Source: Dehalococcoidia bacterium (GTDB taxonomy: Bacteria > Chloroflexota > Dehalococcoidia > Lucifugimonadales > UBA3495). Taken from it: DNA of 64,000 bases. The stretch is taken from positions 244,893 through 308,892 of the forward strand of contig OZ242009.1 of the NCBI GenBank assembly GCA_965204715.1, given 5' to 3'. Positions 54,735-63,894 of this stretch are shown in pieces. The first letter of the stretch is position 1. The number at the start of each line of letters is the position of its first letter. The translations under genes and the position numbers were made by a program. The notes under the pieces were generated by a model. It made no database searches and was not told the DNA's origin. It worked only from the letters and a program-made list of their open reading frames with translations.

Positions 54735-55478
54735 ATGATCAAGGTCTCTATCTCGCTCCCAAACAACGCACTGATCACCTTCGAATCGGAGGAGACTGCT
54801 GTCGTCCAGGAAGTAGTCACCGCCGTCTTGCGGGACCTTCCGCGCGACCTGATGCAGGCCGGCCAGCCAGTCCACAGCAACGGCCACACCCCCGGAAATT
54901 GGGAAGACGGCGACGGCGCAGCCCCCCATACTTCCGCGGATAATGGGATGGCCTCCCAGGTTCCTCCAGCCGTATCCCAGCCCCAGGTCGCCGTGGAGAG
55001 CAACGGCATCCACATGACTCCAACGCAGGCGCAGTCAACGCACCAACCTGAGACGATTCCGGACCACGCTCCAATAACTCCCAACCCTCGGGAGACTGCT
55101 CCGAATTTCCAGGAAGGGATACAGGAGAAGATTGGCGAGGTTAGCATTACGGACCGGCGGATCGCCGAAAAAGCCGCCCTGTCTGCGGCGGCAGACCTGG
55201 CGTTCATCCAGTTCTGCCAGTCGGCCAATCCTGTAGGAGACATGCGCAAGGTGGTCGTTGCCGCCGAAGGGGCCGCCCAATTCCTGGAAATGCCCAGCGT
55301 GTCCGCGGAGGACCTGGAAGACCTCTTCGACAGGGTAGGCTGGCTCCAGCCGCACAACTTCACTCAGACTCTCAGGAACGCTGCCCGCAGCAAGTTCCGG
55401 TGGCTGGAGCGGGTCCCCGGCCGCGCCGGGCAGTACACCGTCACCTCGTTAGGGCGGGAAACAACCTTGAACACGTGA
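54735..55478 (+). CDS. hypothetical protein (low-complexity middle, possible C-terminal winged-helix region)
   Basis: 247-aa ORF. No motif recognised. The C-terminus is ..FRWLERVPGRAGQYTVTSLG. Confidence 0.4.
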   Translation: MIKVSISLPNNALITFESEETAVVQEVVTAVLRDLPRDLMQAGQPVHSNGHTPGNWEDGDGAAPHTSADNGMASQVPPAVSQPQVAVESNGIHMTPTQAQSTHQPETIPDHAPITPNPRETAPNFQEGIQEKIGEVSITDRRIAEKAALSAAADLAFIQFCQSANPVGDMRKVVVAAEGAAQFLEMPSVSAEDLEDLFDRVGWLQPHNFTQTLRNAARSKFRWLERVPGRAGQYTVTSLGRETTLNT

Positions 55479-55726
55479 CGGCCTAATTCCCCACGGTCTT
55501 CCGTCCGCGCAGCCCCATCCCAATCGCCCCTCATGTTTAACCCAGTGCCTTTCCGTTCCTGGAAAAGCTCTACTATCCCTTGAGGAGAGGGGAATAAACA
55601 GACTCCCACGTTTACCTGCGCCGGGTTGCAGCCAAGACGCTCCGGGACTATTCTAGACATGGTTGCGCTGCCCCGAAGCGGGGGCGAGCCGCAACGCCGC
55701 GAAATCAGCAAACTGGAGTGTGGGCC

Positions 55727-57139
55727 ATGAGGATGTACCTGAACGGCAACTGGGTAGACCGGGACGAGACTATACCGGTGTTCAACCCCTTCGACCAGAC
55801 GGTGATCGACACCGTACCCAAGGGGAATGCCGCCGACGTTGACCTGGCCATCAGCAGCGCCGTCCGGGGCGCCGAAGCGATGGCCAAGCTCCCCGCCTAC
55901 GAGCGTTACGCCATCCTCCGCCGCACCGCCGACCTGATGGCCGAGCGGGCCGAAGACCTGGGACGCACCATCACCCTGGAGGAAGGGAAGGTCATCTCTG
56001 AAGGCCGCGGCGAGGTGCAACGGGCCATCCAGACCATCACCACGTCCGCCGAGGAAGCCAAGCGACTGCACGGCGAGACGGTGCCCCTGGACGCCGCTCC
56101 GGGCAACGTGAGCCAGTTCGGGTTCACTATCCGGGTCCCGGTTGGGGTGGTCGCAGCCATCGCTCCCTTCAACTTCCCCCTAAACCTGGTCTGCCACAAG
56201 GTCGGCCCAGCCCTGGCCGCGGGCAACTCGGTAGTGCTCAAGCCCGCAGGTGACACGCCTCTCTCGGCGCTGAAGCTGGTGGAGCTTCTTTTGGAGGCGG
56301 GTCTGCCGGACGAGGCAATACAGTGCATCACCGGCCCCGGCAGCGAGATCGGCGACGTCCTCACCGGAGACCCGCGGGTACGCAAGATCACTTTCACCGG
56401 CAGCATGGAGATCGGTGAGCGCATCTGCCGCAACGCCGGCATCAAGAAGGTAACGATGGAACTTGGCTCCAACAGCCCGCTCATCGTCATGTCCGACGCT
56501 GACCTGGAGAGGGTCGCCGCCGCCACCGTGGCCAGCGGGTTCGCCAACGCCGGACAGGTCTGCATCTCCACCCAGCGGGTCTTCGCCGACCGCCGCATCT
56601 ACGCCGACTTCCTGGATGCCCTGGTCGCTCCCACCGAGGCTTTCTCCACCGGCAATCCGCTGGATGAAGCGATACGAATGGGACCCATGATCCGGGCAAC
56701 CGACGCCGACCGTGTGGGACAGTGGATTACCGAGGCCGTGCAGGGCGGCGCACGAGTGATCGCCGGCGGCGACCACGAGGGCACCATGCACGCCCCCACG
56801 GTGGTAGCCGATGCCACACCCGATATGCGCGTCTCCCGCGAGGAGCTTTTCGGCCCTGCCGTGGCCGTGGCCGCCTTTGACGACATCGACGACGCTATCG
56901 CCAAGGCCAACGACACCCGGTTCGGCCTGTCTGCGGGAATTTTCACCCAGAACGTGGACTGGGCCATGCGGTTCGCCAGGGAAGTCCATTCCGGCAACCT
57001 GCACATCAACTCCCACCCCCAATGGCGCGCCGACCTGATGCCCTACGGTGGCCTCAAAGACAGCGGCATGGGCAAGGAAGGCCCCGCCTACGCGGTGCAG
57101 GAAATGACGGAGTTGAAGATGGTGGTCTTCCACCAGTAG
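55727..57139 (+). CDS. NAD(P)-dependent aldehyde dehydrogenase-family protein
   Basis: MRMYLNGNWVD..., FNFPLNL, VTMELGSNSP (catalytic Glu context) and NAGQVCIS (catalytic Cys). Confidence 0.85.
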   Translation: MRMYLNGNWVDRDETIPVFNPFDQTVIDTVPKGNAADVDLAISSAVRGAEAMAKLPAYERYAILRRTADLMAERAEDLGRTITLEEGKVISEGRGEVQRAIQTITTSAEEAKRLHGETVPLDAAPGNVSQFGFTIRVPVGVVAAIAPFNFPLNLVCHKVGPALAAGNSVVLKPAGDTPLSALKLVELLLEAGLPDEAIQCITGPGSEIGDVLTGDPRVRKITFTGSMEIGERICRNAGIKKVTMELGSNSPLIVMSDADLERVAAATVASGFANAGQVCISTQRVFADRRIYADFLDALVAPTEAFSTGNPLDEAIRMGPMIRATDADRVGQWITEAVQGGARVIAGGDHEGTMHAPTVVADATPDMRVSREELFGPAVAVAAFDDIDDAIAKANDTRFGLSAGIFTQNVDWAMRFAREVHSGNLHINSHPQWRADLMPYGGLKDSGMGKEGPAYAVQEMTELKMVVFHQ

Positions 57140-57196
57140 AAGCGGAGCGCGGGCATCCCGCCCCGGGAAAGGAATACTCCTTTGCAAAAACCAGAA

Positions 57197-57955
57197 ATGA
57201 CCAACACCGGCATGGAACTGATCACCCAGCCGCCCAGGCGGGCTATGGCCGTCACGCCTCACCCCGACGATTGCGAGGGCGGCTGCGGCGGCACCCTGTC
57301 CAGGTGGATCCGGGAAGCCGCAACGGAGGTCGTCATAGTGCTTTGCACCAACGGCGACAAGGGCACCTCAGACCGGGACATGACCTCTGCCAGGTTGGCG
57401 GAAACCAGGGAGCGGGAGCAGCAGGAGGCGGCCGACGTGCTGGGCGCAAAGGAGGTGGTGTTCCTTTCCTATCCCGACGGCGGGCTGGAAGACACCAAGC
57501 TCTTCCGCAGTCAGGTGGTCCGTGCCATTCGACGCCACAAGCCGGAGGTGGTCCTGGCTATCGACCCCTATCGCAGCGTCAGCCATACCCACCGCGACCA
57601 CCGGATGAGCGGACAGGTGGCCGTGGACGCAGCCTACTCTTACGCCTGGAGCTATCTCCACTTCCCGGAGCAAATCACCGAAGAGGGGCTGGAGCCGCAC
57701 CGGGTCCGCGAGGCGTACCTATGGGGCAGTGAATCACCGGACATCTGCGTGGACATCGAAGGCTTCATGGACGACAAGATCGACTCCCTTTCCAGGCACG
57801 CCAGCCAGATGGGAGGCAGGCTGGTTGACAGGGGAGACCGCTACCGGCGCTGGGCATCCCACAGCGCGGAACGCACCGGCCTGCCTTACGCTGAATCGTT
57901 TCGGAGAATACAGTTCGAGATCGGTTCCCCGGCCTGGCAGTTCCTGAACACGTAG
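57197..57955 (+). CDS. PIG-L/LmbE-family N-acetylglucosaminyl deacetylase
   Basis: MAVTPHPDDCEGGCGGTL and HTHRDH metal-binding motifs. The start is uncertain (57182, 57197 or 57212). Confidence 0.75.
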   Translation: MTNTGMELITQPPRRAMAVTPHPDDCEGGCGGTLSRWIREAATEVVIVLCTNGDKGTSDRDMTSARLAETREREQQEAADVLGAKEVVFLSYPDGGLEDTKLFRSQVVRAIRRHKPEVVLAIDPYRSVSHTHRDHRMSGQVAVDAAYSYAWSYLHFPEQITEEGLEPHRVREAYLWGSESPDICVDIEGFMDDKIDSLSRHASQMGGRLVDRGDRYRRWASHSAERTGLPYAESFRRIQFEIGSPAWQFLNT

Positions 57956-58019
57956 GATATGCGGCCAGTGGATCAGGGTAACCACAAGGGTTGCCCCTGC
58001 CAACGGAGGACCATTTCGC

Positions 58020-58050
58020 AGGGCGTCCCTCGTGGACGCCCTTATTGCTT
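58020..58050. terminator. hairpin between convergent genes (agggcgtcc-ctcgt-ggacgccct + tattgctt)
   Basis: Perfect 9-bp stem with a moderately T-rich tail on the + strand. Confidence 0.5.
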
Positions 58051-58127
58051 GAAACCATGACAAAATCGGCTGCCCATTATTTCAAGGATTTCGGACTGCC
58101 GGCGGCCGGTATCAGACGGCGTGGCCA

Positions 58128-59150
58128 TCACCCCGCGTCATGGAATCGGCGGATGATCCGCCGCAACTGCTCTTCTTCTACCGGGGCGCTGGTGGTCAGG
58201 GACAGGCTCATCTCGTCCAGCAGGCCGCCGTAGCGTTCCAGGTACTTGTCGGCGATCTCGTCGTACTCGCCGATTACGGCGAAGGCGTCCAGCATCTCGT
58301 CGCTGACCAGTTCTCCCATCTCCGCCCACTCTCCCCTCAGCGACATCTGGTGCAGCTGCGGGCCGACTTCAGTGAAGCCGTGGCATTCCAATACCGGGAA
58401 GTAAGTGCGGGTGGACGCATAGAAAGCGATGCGCCGCCTCACCTCTGCCTTGGCTTCATTGATGCTCGACTGGTCCGGGCCGGTGATGATAAATCCACCG
58501 CCGCTGACCTTAATGTCCGGCATGCGGCGTTCCGATTTCTCAGCGCCCAGGGCGACGCCGGGGCGTACTATGTCCCGGACGTACTCCGCCGACGTCAGGC
58601 TGTGCAGCATCAGGCCGTCGCACACCTCCCCCGCGACCCGGCAGTTGTAACCGTTCACCGCACCGGTGAACACCTGGGGCGGGTCGTAAGCGGAAGGCCC
58701 GGGGTTGAAGAACGGAGTCATCAATGAGAACTGGTAGTAACGGCCCTGGTAGTCCAGCCGGCCGCCATTGTCCCAACAGTCCCAGATGTGGCGCAGGGAC
58801 TCGACGTACTCCCGCAGCCTGGGGCCGGCCGGTTCCCAGCGGGTGGAAAACCTCCGCTCGATATGCCCCTTCACCTGTGTTCCCAAGCCAAGGCGGAACC
58901 GGCCCCTGGAAAGGTCCTGGATGTCCCGGCTCGTGTGGGCCACCACCATCGGCGAGCGGGGAAAGGCGATGGCCACCCGGGTCTCAAGAGTGACCCGTGA
59001 AGTGCTGGTGGCCGCCAAAATCAACGGGATGAACGGGTCGTGGGAGGTCTCGCTGCTAGAAATGCCGTCGTAGCCCATCGATTCAGCCCAAGCAGCCTCG
59101 GAGGCCACTGCGTTCAGGTCCCTGGAATGGAGGCGGTAAATTACTCTCAT
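58128..59150 (-). CDS. LLM-class F420-dependent oxidoreductase-like protein
   Basis: WAESMGYDGISSSETSHDPFIPL...RFRLGLGTQVKGHIERRF, resembling F420-dependent LLM families. Confidence 0.7.
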   Translation of the reverse strand: MRVIYRLHSRDLNAVASEAAWAESMGYDGISSSETSHDPFIPLILAATSTSRVTLETRVAIAFPRSPMVVAHTSRDIQDLSRGRFRLGLGTQVKGHIERRFSTRWEPAGPRLREYVESLRHIWDCWDNGGRLDYQGRYYQFSLMTPFFNPGPSAYDPPQVFTGAVNGYNCRVAGEVCDGLMLHSLTSAEYVRDIVRPGVALGAEKSERRMPDIKVSGGGFIITGPDQSSINEAKAEVRRRIAFYASTRTYFPVLECHGFTEVGPQLHQMSLRGEWAEMGELVSDEMLDAFAVIGEYDEIADKYLERYGGLLDEMSLSLTTSAPVEEEQLRRIIRRFHDAG

Positions 59151-59189
59151 TTGGCCCTCAGCTTCCTGTTTAACGGTACTCCTTTAACG

Positions 59190-59546
59190 CTACTTCGAGG
59201 GGGACATTTCCTGGTAGATTCCGTCGGACTTGGCAGCCATTATGAAGTCGTTGACGTGCAGGTTGCGAATCTTATGAGTCCACCAAGTCACCCTGACGCG
59301 GCCCCACTCGGTCACCAGCCTTGGATGGTGGCCCTCATCGTCGGCGGCTTCACCCACGGCTTTGGTGAAGTTCAACGCCTGCTCGAAGTCCTTGAACCGG
59401 AAGACCCGGTCCAGTTTCGGAATCCCGTCCTCGGTCACCAAGTCCCAGTCGGGCACCTCCGGGGACAATTCGGCCATTTCGGAGTCGGTTGCCGGGGGAG
59501 AGTCGCGGCGGCAGGCGGTACACTTTCGGCTGGTCAGTTGAGTCAT
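59190..59546 (-). CDS. phhB: 4a-hydroxytetrahydrobiopterin (pterin-4a-carbinolamine) dehydratase
   Basis: WDLVTEDGIPKLDRVFRFKDFEQALNFTKAVGEAADDEGHHPRL..W.RV.V.WWTH. Confidence 0.85.
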   Translation of the reverse strand: MTQLTSRKCTACRRDSPPATDSEMAELSPEVPDWDLVTEDGIPKLDRVFRFKDFEQALNFTKAVGEAADDEGHHPRLVTEWGRVRVTWWTHKIRNLHVNDFIMAAKSDGIYQEMSPSK

Positions 59547-59596
59547 TTCGCCTCCTTAATGGCCTCCTCCGGCCGCGGGAAATATGGATTCACACC

Positions 59597-59625
59597 ATTC
59601 TAGCTCAGTCGGCTACGGACTACAA
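59597..59625 (-). promoter_or_regulatory. promoter candidate for phhB (TTGTAG-N17-TAGAAT on minus strand), overlapping repeat copy A
   Basis: Minus strand reads TTGTAGtccgtagccgactgagcTAGAATGGTG. The -10 element is ~50 nt upstream of the phhB ATG. Confidence 0.4.
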
Positions 59626-59628
59626 AAC
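59604..59628 (+). repeat. 25-nt direct repeat, copy A (ctcagtcggctacggactacaaaac)
   Basis: First of three copies in the 298-bp phhB / TIM-barrel intergenic region. Confidence 0.75.
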
Positions 59629-59701
59629 AGCGGGCATCCCGGCCACGCACCAAGCCTGTTGCCTCTGCAGAGAGACAAACTGCGTCTTCCTGCCACTGAT
59701 T

Positions 59702-59726
59702 CTCAGTCGGCCACGGACTACAAAAC
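59702..59726 (+). repeat. 25-nt direct repeat, copy B (ctcagtcggccacggactacaaaac)
   Basis: 24 of 25 identical to copy A, 98 nt downstream. A partial ttctcagcgggcca follows at ~59774. Confidence 0.75.
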
Positions 59727-59805
59727 GGTAGTGACAAAGAGACTCCCCGGCACTTAATATGGCTCCAGACCAATTCTCAGCGGGCCATCTCAACCCGGCC
59801 CGCAT

Positions 59806-59830
59806 CTCAGCCGGCTACGGACTACGAGAC
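59806..59830 (+). repeat. 25-nt direct repeat, copy C (ctcagccggctacggactacgagac)
   Basis: 22 of 25 identical to copy A. It ends 4 nt before the AGGAGG SD of the gene starting at 59845. Confidence 0.7.
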
Positions 59831-59844
59831 GCAGGAGGACCGCT

Positions 59845-60663
59845 ATGATTCCCGGAGCGATTACGAATTCCTGGAGGCTGCAACTGGCAGACCGGGACCT
59901 CATCAGCCTGATAGAGGAAGCAAAGAGCAAGGGCGCACGCCACGTAGAGCTACGCCAGACGTGCCTGGGCGATTGCGAGACCGGCGAGGGAGCGGACTGG
60001 CGGCCCGTCCTGCCAAAACTTCGGGCCGTTGTCGATGCGTTCCCGGACATGACCTTCGATCTGGCGATGGCCTATCCCTGCCTGACCCAGGAAGCCGAAC
60101 CTGCCGGGGAGCAGTTCCAGGCTGCGTTGGAGGCTGCCAAGCTGGTCGGGAAGGATACACCCCACCTGCGCATGGTGGACCCCAACACGGCTGACCAGCC
60201 GTGGGAGCAGGCAGAAGAGCTTCCCAAAGAGGCTCTGGGACTGGCCGACCTAGCCCGGGAGGCCGCACGGCAGGGGGTCATCCTGTCCGTGGAGAACTCG
60301 GGCCAGCCGCTGCGGAGCATGGCGCTCCTCACCCGGGAGGCCCGGTCACGCCTCACCAACGAGGAAGGTCAATACTTGGGACTGTGCCCCGATCCCACCA
60401 ACCAGTTGCGGCGTCACCCGGACAGCAACCCGTTGGCGGAGCTGGATGCCCTGCCGCTGGACATGGTCAAGATCGTCCACTTCAAGCAGGCCCGCAACGG
60501 CGCGGCCCTCCCCAGCGTGGACACCGGCGACCTCGACTGCATCCAGATGCGGGAGATACTGGAGCGCAACGGTTACGACGGCCCCGCCGTGATGGAAATC
60601 CCTCCGGACCAGCAGGTCTTTGGCAATCTGGAGTCCAGCTTTGCCTACCTGGGAGTCGGATAA
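59845..60663 (+). CDS. sugar-phosphate isomerase/epimerase-like (xylose isomerase-like TIM barrel) protein
   Basis: AGGAGG SD. The length and the pattern (..ARHVELRQ.., ..ILSVENS.., ..VHFKQ..) suggest this fold. Assignment is tentative. Confidence 0.45.
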   Translation: MIPGAITNSWRLQLADRDLISLIEEAKSKGARHVELRQTCLGDCETGEGADWRPVLPKLRAVVDAFPDMTFDLAMAYPCLTQEAEPAGEQFQAALEAAKLVGKDTPHLRMVDPNTADQPWEQAEELPKEALGLADLAREAARQGVILSVENSGQPLRSMALLTREARSRLTNEEGQYLGLCPDPTNQLRRHPDSNPLAELDALPLDMVKIVHFKQARNGAALPSVDTGDLDCIQMREILERNGYDGPAVMEIPPDQQVFGNLESSFAYLGVG

Positions 60664-60689
60664 ACTTGGACTTTTAAGAAGGGGAGGTG

Positions 60690-61073
60690 ATGGGGTTGAC
60701 CAGTGTAAACATCGAGATTGCCAACCCGTCCGAACTGAGCATGACAGAAACGGTCAAATTGTTGGTGGATTCGGGAGCCTATCTTTCTGTGGTCCCCCGC
60801 GAGATATTGGAAGGGTTGGGAATCCGGCCTCACTCAGAACGGCGACTCCGGCTTGCCGACGGGTCGGTGATCGTCCGCGAGCGGGGGACAGCATCGTTCA
60901 AGTACGGTGAAAGAATTGGCGGCGCGGACGTGATCTTCGGGAACCCGGGAGACGCTCACATCCTGGGAGTAATCGCCCTCGAATCCCTTGGTTTGGGCCT
61001 TGACCCGATACGACGGGAACTGGTGGACATTCCCACTGTCCTGTACGGGTCTATTGACCTGGGGCCCGGATGA
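60690..61073 (+). CDS. retropepsin-like (clan AA) aspartic protease, paralog 3
   Basis: LLVDSGAYLSVVP (DSGA motif) and ILGVIALESLGLGLD. The stop overlaps the argH ATG (ATGA). Confidence 0.6.
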   Translation: MGLTSVNIEIANPSELSMTETVKLLVDSGAYLSVVPREILEGLGIRPHSERRLRLADGSVIVRERGTASFKYGERIGGADVIFGNPGDAHILGVIALESLGLGLDPIRRELVDIPTVLYGSIDLGPG

Positions 61074-62419
61074 ACAGCTACAACGACTACACGGTTTCCA
61101 TCCACTACGACCGGCGGCTGTACCGGCAGGACATTGACGGGTCAATCGTCCACTCCCGGATGCTGGCCCGTCAGGGCATCATCTCCAATGAGGACGCGGC
61201 TCTCATCGTTGAGGGCCTGGGGAAAATCCGGGCAGAGATAGAATCGGGAGAATTCCCCTGGGACAGTTCACTGGAAGACCTCCACATGAACATCGAGACC
61301 CGCCTGCGCCAGCTTATCGGCCCGGCGGCGGGACGGCTTCATACCGGCCGTTCCCGCAACGACCAGATTGCGCTCGATATGCGCCTCTACACCAGGGAGG
61401 TTATCGAGAACACCATCAAGGGCCTGAGAGGTGTTCAGCAAGCGTTGGTGTCCCTGGCGGAGCGATACCGGGACACAGTGATGCCCGGTTATACCCACTT
61501 GCAGAGGGCGCAGCCCGTCCTCTTTGCCCACCACATGCTGGCCTACTTCCAGATGTTCCAGCGCGACATGGAGCGGTTCCAAGACTGCCACACACGGACC
61601 GACGTACTGCCCCTGGGCAGCGGAGCGTTGGCCGGGGTTGCATACCAGACTGACAGAGAGTACCTGGCGCGGGAATTGGGGTTCAGCCGGACCAGCGCCA
61701 ACAGCATGGACGCGGTATCGGACAGGGACTTCCTGCTGGAATACCTGTCCGCGGCCTCCATCTGCATGATGCACCTATCCCGCCTGTCTGAGGAGATCGT
61801 GGTCTGGTCGAGCCGGGAGTTCGAGTTCATCCGACTCAGCGATGAGTTCACCACCGGCAGCAGCATCATGCCGCAGAAGCGCAACCCGGACTTCGCCGAG
61901 CTTGCCCGAGGCAAGACGGGACGTGTCTACGGCCACCTCATGGGCCTGCTGACGGTGATGAAGGGCCTGCCACTGACCTACAACAGAGACCTCCAGGAAG
62001 ACAAGGAAGGGTTCTTCGACAGCTCGGACACCCTGCTGGCAACACTGCACGTTTTCCAGGGGATGCTCAACGGGTTGACCTTGAACACGGAGAGGGTCAC
62101 GCAGGTCTCGGGGGAGAGCTTCGTGCTGGCAACCGATATGGCGGACTACCTGGTGGGGAATGGAGTGCCGTTCCGGGAGGCCCACGGCACGATGCGGGAG
62201 TTGTGCGGGTACTGCGAGTCCAAGGGCAAAGAGTTGCTCGACCTCTCCCTGGAAGAGTTGCAGCGTTTCTCACCCCGATTTGGCGAGGACGTGTACCGGA
62301 TCACTCCCGCCAGTTCAGCCGCGGCCAGAGACAATCCCGGCGGCACCGCACCCAACCGGGTGGCGCATGAACTGGAGCAGGCCAGGAAGCTATTGCAGGA
62401 GGGGCCGGATGGTCTCTGA
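61070..62419 (+). CDS. argH: argininosuccinate lyase
   Basis: HTGRSRNDQIALDMRLY and GSSIMPQKRNPD. The N-terminus looks ~15-20 aa shorter than usual, beginning at ..SIHYDRRLYRQDI. Confidence 0.88.
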   Translation: MNSYNDYTVSIHYDRRLYRQDIDGSIVHSRMLARQGIISNEDAALIVEGLGKIRAEIESGEFPWDSSLEDLHMNIETRLRQLIGPAAGRLHTGRSRNDQIALDMRLYTREVIENTIKGLRGVQQALVSLAERYRDTVMPGYTHLQRAQPVLFAHHMLAYFQMFQRDMERFQDCHTRTDVLPLGSGALAGVAYQTDREYLARELGFSRTSANSMDAVSDRDFLLEYLSAASICMMHLSRLSEEIVVWSSREFEFIRLSDEFTTGSSIMPQKRNPDFAELARGKTGRVYGHLMGLLTVMKGLPLTYNRDLQEDKEGFFDSSDTLLATLHVFQGMLNGLTLNTERVTQVSGESFVLATDMADYLVGNGVPFREAHGTMRELCGYCESKGKELLDLSLEELQRFSPRFGEDVYRITPASSAAARDNPGGTAPNRVAHELEQARKLLQEGPDGL

Positions 62420-63098
62420 CGCCCGAATTCTAATCGCGCCTTCCGTCCTCGCGGCGGACTTCGCCAACCTGGGCCGACAGGTACACGAGGCCACCGAGGC
62501 TGGTGCGGACCTGATCCACGTGGACGTGATGGACGGACGCTTCGTCCCCAACATCTCCTTTGGAGAGGCAGTGGTGGACGCCATACGCAGGTCAACAGAC
62601 GCGCCGCTGAACATCCACCTGATGATCGTGGAACCGGACGACCTGCTGCCGGGGTTTATGAAGTCGGCGGAAGACCAGGTAATCGTCCACGCGGAGGCGT
62701 GCCGGCACCTGCACCGCACAGTCACTCGGATTAAAGAAGCGGGGTGTCAGGCGGGCGTGGCCATCAACCCCGGAACGCCCATCACAGCCGTGGAGGAAGT
62801 CCTGCCCCTCTTGGACCTGGTGCTGGTGATGACTGTGAACCCCGGTTTCGGCGGACAAGCCTTCATCCCCGGCGCGTTGACCAAGGTCGAGAGACTGTAC
62901 CGTACCATTCAGAGGGAAGGGTACGATGCTCACCTGGAAGTGGACGGGGGCATCAAGGCCGACTGGACCGCACAGGACTCGGTGAAAGCGGGGGCGGACA
63001 TACTGGTGGCTGGCACCGCCATCTTCAACGACTCTGAACCCGTATCGCAAGCAATGGCGGGGATGCGGAGCTGCGTCCACGGGATACGGCCAGTCTAG
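62409..63098 (+). CDS. rpe: ribulose-phosphate 3-epimerase
   Basis: ATG 62409. ILIAPSVLAADFANLG...IHVDVMDGRFVPNISFG...MTVNPGFGGQAF. Confidence 0.9.
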   Translation: MVSDARILIAPSVLAADFANLGRQVHEATEAGADLIHVDVMDGRFVPNISFGEAVVDAIRRSTDAPLNIHLMIVEPDDLLPGFMKSAEDQVIVHAEACRHLHRTVTRIKEAGCQAGVAINPGTPITAVEEVLPLLDLVLVMTVNPGFGGQAFIPGALTKVERLYRTIQREGYDAHLEVDGGIKADWTAQDSVKAGADILVAGTAIFNDSEPVSQAMAGMRSCVHGIRPV

Positions 63099-63150
63099 GA
63101 TACAGGGGAGCGGGTGTTCGCTGACCCGGCCGAAACCGGCAGCGGCCCCT

Positions 63151-63360
63151 TCACTTGATGGCAGCCAGCGCCTTGCGCACCTTGGCCGACTTGTGCAGCG
63201 ACCGCAGGCAGCGGCTGCAAATCTTCACCTTTATGGCTCTGCCGTCCTGAAACAAGGTCTGCTTGTGGACGTTGGCCTTGAACCTGGTCTTGGTGTGGCG
63301 GTTGGAGTGGCTGACGTTGTTGCCGCTCATGCCCGACTTCAGGCAAATCTCACATCTCAT
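63151..63360 (-). CDS. rpmB: 50S ribosomal protein L28
   Basis: MRCEICLKSGMSGNNVSHSNRHTKTRFKANVHK. Confidence 0.85.
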   Translation of the reverse strand: MRCEICLKSGMSGNNVSHSNRHTKTRFKANVHKQTLFQDGRAIKVKICSRCLRSLHKSAKVRKALAAIK

Positions 63361-63413
63361 GCCGTTAAAGTGTCTCCCGTCCGGGACTTATACGCCCTCG
63401 TGTAATTGTCCAG

Positions 63414-63443
63414 AGTATATCACGGCTCACGCAGCCCAACCAA
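63414..63443 (-). promoter_or_regulatory. promoter candidate for rpmB (TTGGTT-N18-TATACT, TGa upstream of -10)
   Basis: Read on the minus strand. Lies about 54 nt upstream of the rpmB ATG. Confidence 0.3.
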
Positions 63444-63504
63444 CCGCTTGAATCGTGACCGGCGAGAGAGTTTCATCCGGCAGCAAGTCGAAAGACCCCT
63501 GCCG

Positions 63505-63888
63505 TCACCCTCTGGCGCGATAGATTTCGACCGCAGCGTGTTCGATTACAGAGCCGCGAACCGGGGGCCTGGGTTTTTTGACCCTGACATGCACCGCATC
63601 CACGGGGTACCCGGCAAGGACAACCGCGGCGATTTCGTGGGCCGTGGCCTCCAGCAGGTTCTTGGGCTGGCCTTCGACCACGGACTGGACCGACCTATAG
63701 AGATGGGGGTAGCTGACCGTGTCCTCCAGCCGGTCCGACTCACCCGCGCTGCTCAGGTCCAACTCCACCGCCAGGTCCACCACGTAAGCCTGCCCCAACG
63801 CCCGTTCCTCCGGGTTTACGCCGTGGTAGCCGTAGAACTGCATCCCCTCCAGGACTATGCGGTCCGGATAATCAGGGCGAACCGTCAT
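63505..63888 (-). CDS. folB: dihydroneopterin aldolase
   Basis: DRIVLEGMQFYGYHGVNPEERALGQAYVVDL...DTVSY... Confidence 0.85.
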   Translation of the reverse strand: MTVRPDYPDRIVLEGMQFYGYHGVNPEERALGQAYVVDLAVELDLSSAGESDRLEDTVSYPHLYRSVQSVVEGQPKNLLEATAHEIAAVVLAGYPVDAVHVRVKKPRPPVRGSVIEHAAVEIYRARG

Positions 63889-63894
63889 GGAACG

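Noticed and set aside
55660-55700. Nested hairpin (gttgcg-ctg-ccccg-aag-cgggg-gcgagc-cgcaac) upstream of the aldehyde dehydrogenase gene.
   Set aside because: It is a real structure on paper, but it matches no known motif and I have no comparative support. It is noted only.
59601-59630. Resemblance of copy A (tagctcagtcggcta...) to a tRNA D-arm, suggesting a tRNA gene or fragment.
   Set aside because: The D-stem cannot pair (gctc versus acgg). There is no acceptor or T-arm. The 'tag' prefix is absent from the other copies.
59604-59830. Possible mini-CRISPR array (three direct repeats).
   Set aside because: The repeats are only 25 nt and are degenerate. The spacers are 73-79 nt, far longer than CRISPR spacers. 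There are only three copies, no cas genes and no leader.
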